Numbered from the stretch's first letter, positions 49,208-58,876 are shown. The stretch: DNA of 64,000 nt from Patescibacteria group bacterium (GCA_038065255.1 JBBTRI010000010.1:59762-123761); one strand, 5' to 3'. Notes: generated from the sequence alone by a model not told the origin. Translations and numbers: made by a program.

Positions 49208-51678
49208 TTCAGTGGAGTTGTTGTTGCACTACTTGAACCTGTTGACGTGGTTGTATTCTGCTGTGCTGGCTGGGTAGTCGAAGTTGAGCTTCCGGTGCCC
49301 GTACTTGTACTTTGCTGCGCAGGTTGAGTAGCTGATGTACTCGTTGTTGTTGCCGGTTTAAGCGTAAAGCGTTGCAAATAAATCGGAAGGCTCGTTACTT
49401 TTCTGGATACACCATATTTAGTTGAGTACTCAAGCGCCCAAACCAATCGCAATTGGTCATCTTCACCGGTAAGCTTTGCTTCCAATAAAACATCTGCATA
49501 AATATTAGCAACAACACTCGCGCCTGGCGCAATAGTATACGAGTTTACTCCAAAACCTATCTGACTGCCTGGAGCAGTAAATGGTGTAACATGGGTGATT
49601 CCAACATGCTTTCCATCAATAAAGTACTTGATATTATTAAATGCCTTACCAAGTCCTTCAGTTCCGTCACTGTCACTTATGGTCGGCTCTTCGATACTGA
49701 CACTTTCACTAAATCCATTTACGATGACGAATGAACCAATGAGCTGCTGTATTTCACCGCGGACAAGTGTAGGGGATCCAACAGCAGCATTCGTCTTTAC
49801 ACTCAAAAAGGCTGCGGGCAATTGGACAGGTGGTTGTGCGTATCCTGCTTTTTGCTCATACCCTGCTTTTTGTTCTGCCTGAGTAATCACCGGCAACTGA
49901 GGTGGTTGAACAACTTCAACGACGACTGATTTGCGCATTGATCGTTCATCATTTTTGCAATCAAAATAATAGGTTGTTGTTTTATCCGGAGCAAAAACAT
50001 CTGAACCGCTCAACTCCTTTGTGCCAGTCCAGCCGCCGGATGCCGTACACATGTTAGCATTCCGTACATCCCAAAATGCCGTTACTGTTTTGCCTAATGC
50101 AATCACTGATTTCTGAGGATAGAAATCGAGCCAAATACTCCCTGTTTTCTTTGCCTTAGCAATGGCAACAGAGACAGATGCCTCTTTGCCGCTTTCATTA
50201 TTTTTGCAGGTAAGCTTATAATCCGTTTCTTCTTGCGGACGTACATACTCAGAACCATCGACGGAACGGTCGCCGCTCCATCCGCCGGACGCACTACACT
50301 GTGTTGCGTTCTTAGTCTTCCATGTCAGGAGAATTGATTCACCCGGTGATTTAAAAGAATAGCGTGAAGGATAGAGCGTCAAACTTACCGGAGCATTATC
50401 TGGTTCAAGTACTTCAACAACAAAGGACTTACGCTTTGAAGTCTCATCATTCTTGCAGTCAAGGTAGTAGGTTGTCGTTTTGTCAGGTGAAAATGTTTCC
50501 GAGCCTTCTAAATCACGAGTTCCCGTCCAACCACCGGATGCCGTGCAGCTTCTTGCATTATGCACATTCCACGTTACGGTTGTCGATTTGCCAGCTTTGA
50601 TATTTGCCCGTGCCGGTTGCATGCTCATGGAAATATCTCCCTTCATTTTCTTTTTTGACAGATTTACCGATACCGAATTTTCAACTCCTGTTTCTGACGT
50701 GCATGTCAGTTTATAACTTGTATCCTCTGTTGGGCGCACATGTTCCGTGCCTTCAACGGGTCTATCTCCACTCCAGCCACCGGATGCAACACAGCTCTTG
50801 GCGCTCTTTGCTTTCCATGTCAGAACAATTGGATCGCCAGGTTTTGCAAAATAGTAGGTGGAGGGATACAGTGAAATACTCAACGGTAATGGTGGTGCTT
50901 CATACTGTTGATAATACGGTGCTTGCATGGTGCCATAGCCAGATTTCATTTCCGGAGGAGGCATATATGGCTGATATGGCACGGGATATGCTTGAATTGG
51001 AATAGGTAAGGGTTGCGATAAATCATACGGAAATGAATAACTGTACCCCGGTTTCATTTCGGTACTAGCTTGATCAACTATAACATTTGCGGAGAGATCT
51101 GCTGTAAATGTACGCTGATCATTCCAGCATCGAAGGAAATACGTGGTCGTAGTATCAGGCGCGATAACTTCACTACCGCTATTTCGCTTCATACCTTCCC
51201 ATGCATCTGGACCATACCCGCGGCACGCTACTGCATCTTTTGCGCGCCATTGTAGCGTAACAGTAGCACCATCAGTAATTTTTGCCTTGTTTGTTTTGAA
51301 TGTAACGCCGGGAACTTTCTTTTTCCCAGGTTTCTTTTTTATCACTTGGACTTTCTGGGTTTGTTCATCGGTACTGAAGCCCTCATCATCAAAGCATTCG
51401 AGGGAATATTCTGTTTTTTTCTTTTTTGGATATACCACCACTGACCCTGATGTCTTTTGCCTACCCGACCATGCACCCGATGCTACACAATAGGTGGCAT
51501 CAGATGCCTCCCATTCCAGTACAACACGCTCGCCTTTTACAATCGTCCGGGGAGTTGCGACAAATACCAAATCCAAATCTTCGTCTTCTTCCGCAAATGA
51601 TGGCGCAGGTGTGCCACTCAAAACTAAGGCAGTAATTGTTAAAAATATAACATGAAAACGCATTAAACGCCTATCCAT
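49204..51678 (-). CDS. Large secreted/cell-surface repeat protein: six tandem ~95-aa two-cysteine domains plus a C-terminal Ser/Thr-rich low-complexity tail
   Basis: Signal peptide MDRRLMRFHVIFLTITALVLSGTPAPSFA. Repeats share W(K/R)AK.A..C.ASGGW(S/T)G....GSE...P...T.Y.L.C. C-terminus TTTSTSATQPAQQSTSTGTGSSTSTTQPAQQNTTTSTGSSSATTTP. The underlying DNA repeats are diverged. Confidence 0.7.
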   Translation of the reverse strand: MDRRLMRFHVIFLTITALVLSGTPAPSFAEEDEDLDLVFVATPRTIVKGERVVLEWEASDATYCVASGAWSGRQKTSGSVVVYPKKKKTEYSLECFDDEGFSTDEQTQKVQVIKKKPGKKKVPGVTFKTNKAKITDGATVTLQWRAKDAVACRGYGPDAWEGMKRNSGSEVIAPDTTTTYFLRCWNDQRTFTADLSANVIVDQASTEMKPGYSYSFPYDLSQPLPIPIQAYPVPYQPYMPPPEMKSGYGTMQAPYYQQYEAPPLPLSISLYPSTYYFAKPGDPIVLTWKAKSAKSCVASGGWSGDRPVEGTEHVRPTEDTSYKLTCTSETGVENSVSVNLSKKKMKGDISMSMQPARANIKAGKSTTVTWNVHNARSCTASGGWTGTRDLEGSETFSPDKTTTYYLDCKNDETSKRKSFVVEVLEPDNAPVSLTLYPSRYSFKSPGESILLTWKTKNATQCSASGGWSGDRSVDGSEYVRPQEETDYKLTCKNNESGKEASVSVAIAKAKKTGSIWLDFYPQKSVIALGKTVTAFWDVRNANMCTASGGWTGTKELSGSDVFAPDKTTTYYFDCKNDERSMRKSVVVEVVQPPQLPVITQAEQKAGYEQKAGYAQPPVQLPAAFLSVKTNAAVGSPTLVRGEIQQLIGSFVIVNGFSESVSIEEPTISDSDGTEGLGKAFNNIKYFIDGKHVGITHVTPFTAPGSQIGFGVNSYTIAPGASVVANIYADVLLEAKLTGEDDQLRLVWALEYSTKYGVSRKVTSLPIYLQRFTLKPATTTSTSATQPAQQSTSTGTGSSTSTTQPAQQNTTTSTGSSSATTTPLN

Positions 51679-51736
51679 AGGATTAATGGATATGAATAAA
51701 TTATTGTCTATAGTATAGGTGTTAAAAAGAGCTCTG

Positions 51737-53665
51737 TCAAAGCCTATAAACAGTTATCGACGGACTTATCAATATTTTTGATCCTCCAAGTCCTTCTACT
51801 TCCCTTTCAATTCCCCTCTGTCGATACCAATATGAATGCACTACCAAATAGAGTGGGCGATCTTGAATGACCTTTTTAAGATTGTGAATGATTTCTTCGT
51901 TTACCTCGCCATACAGAAAATAGTTGCTATAGGGATACAGAGACTCAATGGGTGAAATTGCATAGGTATGCATTTTATCACTCAAAGCATTCTTAAATGT
52001 TTTCTCAAATCCCAGTACTCTCAATCCAACTGCTGCAAAGAGTTGATCGCTTGCCACTACATATTCTCCTCCTTTTTCGATATCCTCTATAAATCGAACT
52101 GCTTCAAAATCATCAGCAGATGCATTCCATCCAGCCCTTGGTTTAAATTCATTGACTTGGGGATACATAAGGTAGAGCGAGAGTGCCGCAGAGATTGATA
52201 GAATACTAATACTTAATACACGAACAATGCCATTATTCAAAATCTGCTTCAAAATCATCGGCAGGGGAAACGAAATAAGCAGTGGGAAAAAGATAGCGGG
52301 GATAATGCGATAGAGGCGCGCTGCAAACTCTCCCTGCTCATTTACTACAATTCCTGGCAGGGTAATATACATCGAGAGGCCAAATGCAGCTATCGCTAGT
52401 CCAATGGCAAGAGAACTGCTCGGAATGTGAAGGTGTGTTTTTTTTGAATATACAATACTGCATACTATACCGATTACGAAGAAAGTGGCTTTTATGAAAT
52501 ATTCATAGTAATTAATAATACTGCTACCAAGTGAGGCCATACCTACTGAGCGCGGAAATGCTAAGATCGATTTTATTTTTTCAAATGCCGAAGAAAGAGT
52601 TCTGGATTCAAAGAGAGTCATGCCATGCATGAAACGATAGATAGCAAATAGAGTTACAAGCGCAACTCCAATACATGCACCGACGCCAAAAAGTAATGCA
52701 ATTCTGTGCCTTTGGACGACTTTCCACGTATGGAGCGAGAGTGCGAGAGTAGAGATCACAAGCGGAACGCCAATAAGGGGGTGAATTGCCATCGCCGCCA
52801 ATGAAATGCACCAAAGAATAATTTTGCTAAACACATGCTGCTGCCAGATCGGGGCAAGAAATATCCACCAAAGCAATAAAATCACTGTGAGATTATGAGG
52901 AACGGTAAATGTAAGCTCTGTAAGTGGATAGAGTGTAAATAAAACTATTGCAATGTGTGCGCGCCGAACAGAACAACCATACCCGCGTACAAGACCAAAA
53001 AAAATAATAAACGGCAAGGTAGCTACTACAAGAATTGGTACAAGAAAACGGTCTATGATATCTATAGGAATTGCTGTAAGAAAACTCAATGCACTGACAA
53101 TGCCATATTGTCCGATATACAGGGGTTGTAGTGGAGTAATTACCCCATGAAGCTTAATATACTCTTCTGCAGTTTGATGAATGAGCGGATCATATCCAAA
53201 ACCATAGGGAAAGGCGATTAACGCAATGCCGTAGATGGTAAAAAAATGCACACTCATTGCTACCCACTGGATCCTGCTTACCACAGATGCTCTTAGAGCA
53301 GTTTGTACTAGACAAAAAAATGAAATAGCAACGCATACAAACATCCACCAGGGTACAAGCGACCATGGTGTTTGGAGTGGCGCATTGGTACGTGCATTCC
53401 ACAGTGCAAACAAAAAAATGCAATCAAAAAGTATGGCACTAGAAGGAAGTAGGTATGCCAATACATGTATCTTCTTGTCAGTAAGGGGCTGTTTTTCTGA
53501 TACAGGAAATGACCGTTGTGCTGCAAAGGCAATCAATATACTGCCAAGGAGTACTACAAAGGAAGATAGTAGAGTTATACCCACGGTAAGATAGGCGATC
53601 GAAGAAAGTATAACAAATACGCTGAAAGCAAAAATACCTATGAGCATTCTGCTATGTATGCCCAT
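51737..53665 (-). CDS. Polytopic membrane protein (~12-13 TM plus a C-terminal soluble domain), GT-C-fold glycosyltransferase-like
   Basis: 642 aa. Many TM helices. Acidic residue in the first extracytoplasmic loop (FPYGFGYDPL). ~150-aa C-terminal non-membrane domain. The architecture resembles the ArnT/PMT class. By inference only. Confidence 0.45.
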   Translation of the reverse strand: MGIHSRMLIGIFAFSVFVILSSIAYLTVGITLLSSFVVLLGSILIAFAAQRSFPVSEKQPLTDKKIHVLAYLLPSSAILFDCIFLFALWNARTNAPLQTPWSLVPWWMFVCVAISFFCLVQTALRASVVSRIQWVAMSVHFFTIYGIALIAFPYGFGYDPLIHQTAEEYIKLHGVITPLQPLYIGQYGIVSALSFLTAIPIDIIDRFLVPILVVATLPFIIFFGLVRGYGCSVRRAHIAIVLFTLYPLTELTFTVPHNLTVILLLWWIFLAPIWQQHVFSKIILWCISLAAMAIHPLIGVPLVISTLALSLHTWKVVQRHRIALLFGVGACIGVALVTLFAIYRFMHGMTLFESRTLSSAFEKIKSILAFPRSVGMASLGSSIINYYEYFIKATFFVIGIVCSIVYSKKTHLHIPSSSLAIGLAIAAFGLSMYITLPGIVVNEQGEFAARLYRIIPAIFFPLLISFPLPMILKQILNNGIVRVLSISILSISAALSLYLMYPQVNEFKPRAGWNASADDFEAVRFIEDIEKGGEYVVASDQLFAAVGLRVLGFEKTFKNALSDKMHTYAISPIESLYPYSNYFLYGEVNEEIIHNLKKVIQDRPLYLVVHSYWYRQRGIEREVEGLGGSKILISPSITVYRL

Positions 53666-53668
53666 GCA

Positions 53669-54466
53669 TCAATTCCTTTCCCGCACACACCATGTACCGA
53701 CCTGACGTCCCTTCATGCCCTCACAATCCTTTCGAGTACGATCGGAATTATAAAGCGGCGTAGAGCATGCATGCGCAAATATACCCTCGACATTATGACA
53801 GGAAAAAGGTTCTTGGCATGGCGTTGTACATTGTACATACCATGGTTCTTCTGGCGTCGTTTGTGGTGCCTGTGGAGAAAGCGATTCTTGCTTTTGTGCA
53901 GCTGGCGCTTGAACAGGTTCTTTTGTGCTCGATTGATCCTCGCTAAGAAGTTCTTTTATGAGCGTAATATTTTCTTTTAACTCCTTTGGTGCCATTGATT
54001 CCTTCTTGCATTTTGTATGAGATTTGTCAACGGAGCTCCCAAGCGGACAGACGCATTTCTTTCCATTCACTTTTGCTCCAAGTGGACAACGGTCATCTGT
54101 TGTATTTCCTATGTTCAGCACAAGCTCCGTGATATCACGTTTTGTGGAAATTGCTTCGCATATATTTTTATCACGATTTGGAACCTCTTTTTTGCATACC
54201 TTCTGACCTATAGAAGCGGCTTCTCGTACAGATTGAGAGGGGTGAGCGGCGCATTTTTCGGCGCATTTTTTCAGTTTAGTGTAATCTTTAATAAAGGGTT
54301 TATTATAACGGCAATTCAATACGCACTGTAATCGAATATGCCCCATAAGCGTCCCTTTATACGTACTAGCCGATCCGGACTTTGCTGCAATTACCGGCAT
54401 ACTTGCAGCGCACAGCAAACCAATAAGTGAGCCCACTAAGACAAAGAAAAATAAAAACCTTTTCAT
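53669..54466 (-). CDS. Cys-rich secreted protein (~17 Cys)
   Basis: Signal peptide MKRFLFFFVLVGSLIGLLCAASMPVIAA (start taken at the internal Met). CxxxC and CxC spacing throughout. A proline/glutamine-rich linker. Confidence 0.45.
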   Translation of the reverse strand: MKRFLFFFVLVGSLIGLLCAASMPVIAAKSGSASTYKGTLMGHIRLQCVLNCRYNKPFIKDYTKLKKCAEKCAAHPSQSVREAASIGQKVCKKEVPNRDKNICEAISTKRDITELVLNIGNTTDDRCPLGAKVNGKKCVCPLGSSVDKSHTKCKKESMAPKELKENITLIKELLSEDQSSTKEPVQAPAAQKQESLSPQAPQTTPEEPWYVQCTTPCQEPFSCHNVEGIFAHACSTPLYNSDRTRKDCEGMKGRQVGTWCVRERN

Positions 54467-54482
54467 ATTTCTATGTACTATC

Positions 54483-55022
54483 TTATTCTTCTGGTTTCCC
54501 ATCCTTTCTTTCGCTTCGGCGTTTTTCAGAAAGTTTCAATCCTATATAACCACTTCGATAGTGTTCGCGCTGAGCTTCGATTCTTAGGGCGAGTACATGA
54601 TAAAACATCGGCTTTTTCGTAATATCTGCCTTTGTCGCATCGTTCATCATTACAGCGACCTGTTCAAATCCATAGGTATTGATAAGCGACCGGTATTCCT
54701 GTTCCTGTCTTTTCTTTCGTGCAGGAGGCACTTGGTCGACGAGTGAATGGAGAAGCTTCATGACTGTGGCGTAGTGATCAATGTCTAGCCCGGCTTTTTT
54801 CAACATCGCCATTTCATATCCTCGGATTTCTTCGGGAGGTGTTTGAGTAATCATTTCTTGCCGCTCTGCCTCAAGCTTGTCCATAATCGCACGCCCTTTG
54901 AGCGAAATCCCTTTTCTCTCGTCAGTTCTAAATAGAGATTCATTTAACGCCGGATCGTCTTGATTTTGATTTGACTGATCTGATTGCCCCTTTCTACCCG
55001 GAAACCCTATTATTTTACCCAT
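54483..55022 (-). CDS. Hypothetical protein
   Basis: 179 aa, charged, no motif. First gene of the 55.0-49.2 kb co-directional cluster. Confidence 0.35.
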   Translation of the reverse strand: MGKIIGFPGRKGQSDQSNQNQDDPALNESLFRTDERKGISLKGRAIMDKLEAERQEMITQTPPEEIRGYEMAMLKKAGLDIDHYATVMKLLHSLVDQVPPARKKRQEQEYRSLINTYGFEQVAVMMNDATKADITKKPMFYHVLALRIEAQREHYRSGYIGLKLSEKRRSERKDGKPEE

Positions 55023-55059
55023 ATATGCGTATTGATTAAATAATTAATGCAATGCACCT

Positions 55060-56436
55060 TTACAAAAATAGTGATGCAATCGTCGCAACACCTGCAAGCG
55101 CCATAAGGATCGTAACAAACCATCCACAAAACTTTGTTATAGGGCCACTCACCCATTTACCCATGATTTTTCTGTTTGAGCTCATAGAAACAATGAGAAC
55201 AAGAACAAGAGGGGCAACCAGTCCATTGGCGACAGCAGAATAAATCAGAGCCTTCATTGGGTTGATGCCTATGAAATTCAAAAGGAAGCCGATTGCCATG
55301 GAGATGATCAGGATTCCATAAAAAGCATGAGCGTTATGAAGTTTATTGTAAAGCCCATTCTTCCATCGAAATGTCTCGGCGACTGCATAGGACGCAGACC
55401 CCGCCAATACCGGCACAGCCAAAAGACCGGTGCTCACGATACCAAGTGTGAAAAGAAGATATGATGCATCACCTGCAAATGGGCGCAGAGCTTCAGCAGC
55501 TTGCGCTGCAGTAGCAATATCATGTATGCCATTGGCATAGAGTGTTCCTGCAGACGCGACGATAATAAAGAACATGATGAGATTTGAAAGAAACATTCCA
55601 GACCACACATCAATACGCATCTTTTTGATATCTTCCACGCTCGCGCCCCGACGCTCCCTTATCGTTGTTTTTCCTTCCAACACTTGCTCCTCAACCTCTT
55701 GTGAAGTCTGCCAGAAAAAAAGATAGGGAGATATTGTTGTGCCTAGGATTGCACAAATGAGAATAATTTGATCTTGTGAAAAAGCAATCGATGGAGTCAG
55801 GGTATGAAACGTGATGGCTTGCCAATCGAGACCTTTAATCATGATTGTCGAAATGATATATGCAACAAGCGTCAGTGCGAGATACTTCAAATATTTGGCA
55901 TAACGCGCATAAGTAGAGAAGATTTGAAGAAAGAGACTCACCAACGCGAAAATAATAATGAGTGCTGCAAAATTCGCTCCGGGAAAAAGAAGCTTCATAG
56001 ATTCTGCCATAGCACCAAGGTCCGCCCCGAGATTAAATGTATTTGCAGCAAAAAGGAGGATAGTGCATATATAGAGTACGGTGCGCGGATAGTGTGTGCG
56101 GATATTTGCCGCAAGACCCTTGCCTGTTACAATCCCAATACGTGCGCACATTTCCTGAACTACTGCCATAAAAGGGAAGGTGAATCCTGCAAGCCAGAGC
56201 AGCTGTGGACCATACTGTGCTCCAGTCTGGGAATAGGTCGCAATACCCGCAGGATCATCGTCGGATGCGCCAGTCGTCAATCCTGGCCCAAGAGTGCGCC
56301 AAAAGCCCCGTGCTTCTTGCATAGGCTTTTTACTTGCAATATCATGAACTACCAACTCGGATAACTCAACAGTTTTTTCGAGTATAATTGCCGGCGCTTC
56401 AATAGTTTTTTTTAAAATCGATTTAGTTTTCGGCAT
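55060..56436 (-). CDS. mntH: NRAMP-family divalent metal (Mn2+/Fe2+) transporter
   Basis: GPGLTTGASDDDPAGIATYSQTGAQYG matches the Nramp DPGN-type first-TM motif. ~11 TM. 458 aa. Confidence 0.75.
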   Translation of the reverse strand: MPKTKSILKKTIEAPAIILEKTVELSELVVHDIASKKPMQEARGFWRTLGPGLTTGASDDDPAGIATYSQTGAQYGPQLLWLAGFTFPFMAVVQEMCARIGIVTGKGLAANIRTHYPRTVLYICTILLFAANTFNLGADLGAMAESMKLLFPGANFAALIIIFALVSLFLQIFSTYARYAKYLKYLALTLVAYIISTIMIKGLDWQAITFHTLTPSIAFSQDQIILICAILGTTISPYLFFWQTSQEVEEQVLEGKTTIRERRGASVEDIKKMRIDVWSGMFLSNLIMFFIIVASAGTLYANGIHDIATAAQAAEALRPFAGDASYLLFTLGIVSTGLLAVPVLAGSASYAVAETFRWKNGLYNKLHNAHAFYGILIISMAIGFLLNFIGINPMKALIYSAVANGLVAPLVLVLIVSMSSNRKIMGKWVSGPITKFCGWFVTILMALAGVATIASLFL

Positions 56437-56486
56437 GGTTCAAATAAATAATTGCTCATGCTTAGTATATCATGAAAAGAATGTAT

Positions 56487-58124
56487 TTACTGTTGCAACT
56501 CCTTTTTCTCATTCAGTGCTTCAAGCGCTACTGTATGAAGTTTGGCTGAAACTTTTTGTTCGCCAAACCGCAAAAGCTCACGAATCTCTGCTGTATTTTC
56601 ACTCTTTGTCTTATCTCCAAGCGCTACAGCAATAATTTGTCCTGATTTTCCTTGGATACTCGTCATCAAGCAATACCCTGCTTCGTGAAGGTATCCTGTT
56701 TTGGATCCTGTCACTGCAAGGTTTGAAGTCACAAGCTGATTGGAATTTTTTAGTACATGTTTTTGCTTGGTATTGATTGTTGAAAATGCATAGCGTTTCA
56801 TAGTGCTTGCTTTTTGAATAATCGGATCACGAAGCGCTACAAGCGCCAGCAATGCATAGTCGTGTGCAGAGCTTACATTATTTGGCGAAAGGCCGGTAGG
56901 TTCATTGAAATGCACAGAAAGAAAACCGCGATCATGAGCAAAGCTGTTCATTTTTTGTATAAACTCGTCGCGGGGCAAGCCACTTACCCGCACCAGAGAT
57001 TCAACAGCATTATTTGCAGATCCGACAAGTGCTGAATACAGGAGATCTTCAACGGTCAACGTATCCCCTTCTTTGAGTTTGAGTGTTGCTGCTTCGTAGG
57101 GGTAGTCAACGAGTTTGTAGGTTACTATTTCATCATCTACATGATATGGTACAACGTCATTGAGGTTTGGATTTGAATCAAGAAATACACGAATGGCAAT
57201 GATCTTTGAAAGACTTGCTATCGGAAGCGGAGTTTCTGCATTTTTTTCATATAATACATTTCCAGTTCCCTCATCCAACACTACGGCAGCTTTTGATGTG
57301 ATGTGCGGATAGGTGACTGCGTCTTCATGTGAAATGCCAAGCGCTTTCCCATCCTGTAGTGCAATGAAAAGCGGTTCAATTCTCACCGGTATAATCCCAG
57401 CTCCGAGAGGAGCGATTTTTTGAAACGCGCTTTTTTCCAAATCCACAACGCGTTCGGGATGGAGCAATCTGTCAGGGCCATAATCATTAATAGTCACATC
57501 AACACGCTTGTCATTTAGGGTATTGTATACGCGTATTTTTGATCCTTTGGGAAAATCGGGCGAAGCCGCAAAGAGTCCTTTTTTGTGAGCATACCAACTC
57601 GCCTTACCTTCAGCGAGCACATCAGGATAGGCAAAGAGAGCGATACGGGCATAGGGCAAATGAATCAGCGATCTTGCAAGTGCGGTATTTGTTAATACTG
57701 TTGTGGGTAAAGCGCGCCATGTTGATTTCGTCTTATCGTAAAAAAAGACTTGCTTAAGACGCGATGTTTCTTCTGTAGCTTTCAATTCAATGATAAATGG
57801 CTTAGTTGCGTCGTAAGCACTCTTATTCAGAAATTCAAAATCATAAATCGGACTGATCCGCTGAAGACCCAGGGGCATTTCCATCTCCGGAATAACAGTA
57901 GCTCGAATAGTTGTTTCACTGGAAAGGATTCCAGGAATAAGAGAAAGTTTCAATCCTTCTTCAAAGGCAGTTACTGTATACCCTTTTGCAATCGTAGCCG
58001 CATCAAGACGGATAGAAAATTCTGCATAATCAGAGGATACTTCGGCATAGCCCAGAGAAACTCCAAAGAAAAGGAAAGCGCAAATACTCAAACTGGCAGA
58101 TAAATACTTCATAATGTAAATCAT
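56487..58124 (-). CDS. Fusion protein: RlpA-like double-psi beta-barrel domain plus D-alanyl-D-alanine carboxypeptidase (S11, PBP5-type)
   Basis: Signal peptide. GKASWYAHKKGLFAASPDFPKGSKIRVYNTLNDKRVDVTINDYGP is an RlpA/DPBB signature. C-terminal AAVVLDEGTGNVLYEKNAETPLPIASLSKI (SxxK), SGN and KTG motifs. Confidence 0.7.
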   Translation of the reverse strand: MIYIMKYLSASLSICAFLFFGVSLGYAEVSSDYAEFSIRLDAATIAKGYTVTAFEEGLKLSLIPGILSSETTIRATVIPEMEMPLGLQRISPIYDFEFLNKSAYDATKPFIIELKATEETSRLKQVFFYDKTKSTWRALPTTVLTNTALARSLIHLPYARIALFAYPDVLAEGKASWYAHKKGLFAASPDFPKGSKIRVYNTLNDKRVDVTINDYGPDRLLHPERVVDLEKSAFQKIAPLGAGIIPVRIEPLFIALQDGKALGISHEDAVTYPHITSKAAVVLDEGTGNVLYEKNAETPLPIASLSKIIAIRVFLDSNPNLNDVVPYHVDDEIVTYKLVDYPYEAATLKLKEGDTLTVEDLLYSALVGSANNAVESLVRVSGLPRDEFIQKMNSFAHDRGFLSVHFNEPTGLSPNNVSSAHDYALLALVALRDPIIQKASTMKRYAFSTINTKQKHVLKNSNQLVTSNLAVTGSKTGYLHEAGYCLMTSIQGKSGQIIAVALGDKTKSENTAEIRELLRFGEQKVSAKLHTVALEALNEKKELQQ

Positions 58125-58291
58125 TGCACTATGATATCATACGACGATCTTTGCGCAAAATAAAAAGTCACCAGACATATCTAGTGACGCGAGATTCTCT
58201 CTATTAGAGTAAGTCCCGCGGACGTTTAGCTTTTACAAACACTTCTTTTGTTTTTCCTGTTTCGAATTTTGGTATGTCTTCCATAATTGTG

Positions 58292-58744
58292 TTAAAACGT
58301 AAATTCTTTGCTTCCGTCCTCGCCATAGAGCTCATCATCCCAATATTTCATATAGCTTGGTTCAATTATCCAAATTGACGAACCGCGCTTATTAGTGTGG
58401 ATCCAATCAAGTGTGATCTTTTCTGCAAATTCAGGAAAGTTTGCGTTATGTAGACGTACACCGACGTCTATTTCTTCCTCATTCTGAGCAAGTCGACACT
58501 GTCCCAAACCCTGAATGGCTTTCCTGTTTTTGTGATTTGATCTGTCAAACCATACGATAGAGAAGGCGATATGGGAATTTTGCTGTATGTGACTACTGTG
58601 TCTCGTATTCTTTCCTGAGACAAAATATAGTTTAAAATTTGCATCAACACCGTAATACACGTTTGCGACCCATGGCTCACCATTTTCACAGGTAGCAATA
58701 ATCACCAATTTTTGTGATTGTAGGAATTCAAGTAGCTTTTTCAT
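58292..58744 (-). CDS. Pyridoxamine 5'-phosphate oxidase-family (FMN-binding split-barrel) protein
   Basis: MKKLLEFLQSQKLVIIATCENGEPWVANVYYGVD is the typical PNPOx-like N-terminus. 150 aa. Confidence 0.65.
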   Translation of the reverse strand: MKKLLEFLQSQKLVIIATCENGEPWVANVYYGVDANFKLYFVSGKNTRHSSHIQQNSHIAFSIVWFDRSNHKNRKAIQGLGQCRLAQNEEEIDVGVRLHNANFPEFAEKITLDWIHTNKRGSSIWIIEPSYMKYWDDELYGEDGSKEFTF

Positions 58745-58847
58745 GTTGATCGTATTACTGATGACTTAATTTTACTTTATTTGCGAGGTAAAGCAAATAA
58801 CTGAAGAAACGTCTACTCTGTATGAAAATACAAAGGTATCCGAATAC

Positions 58848-58876
58848 CAAAAATCTCCTCAGAGAGGAGATTTTTG
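58848..58876 (-). terminator. Bidirectional rho-independent terminator hairpin downstream of tRNA-Gln
   Basis: AAAAATCTCCTC-AGA-GAGGAGATTTTT is a perfect palindrome with an A-tract and a T-tract. It lies 18 nt past the tRNA-Gln 3' end. Confidence 0.5.

Noticed and set aside
58195-58235. GTCAC-N12-GTGAC palindrome with flanking A/T runs, as a terminator for the PNPOx-like gene
   Set aside because: The stem is only 5 bp with modest GC content, which is too weak to call a terminator with any confidence.
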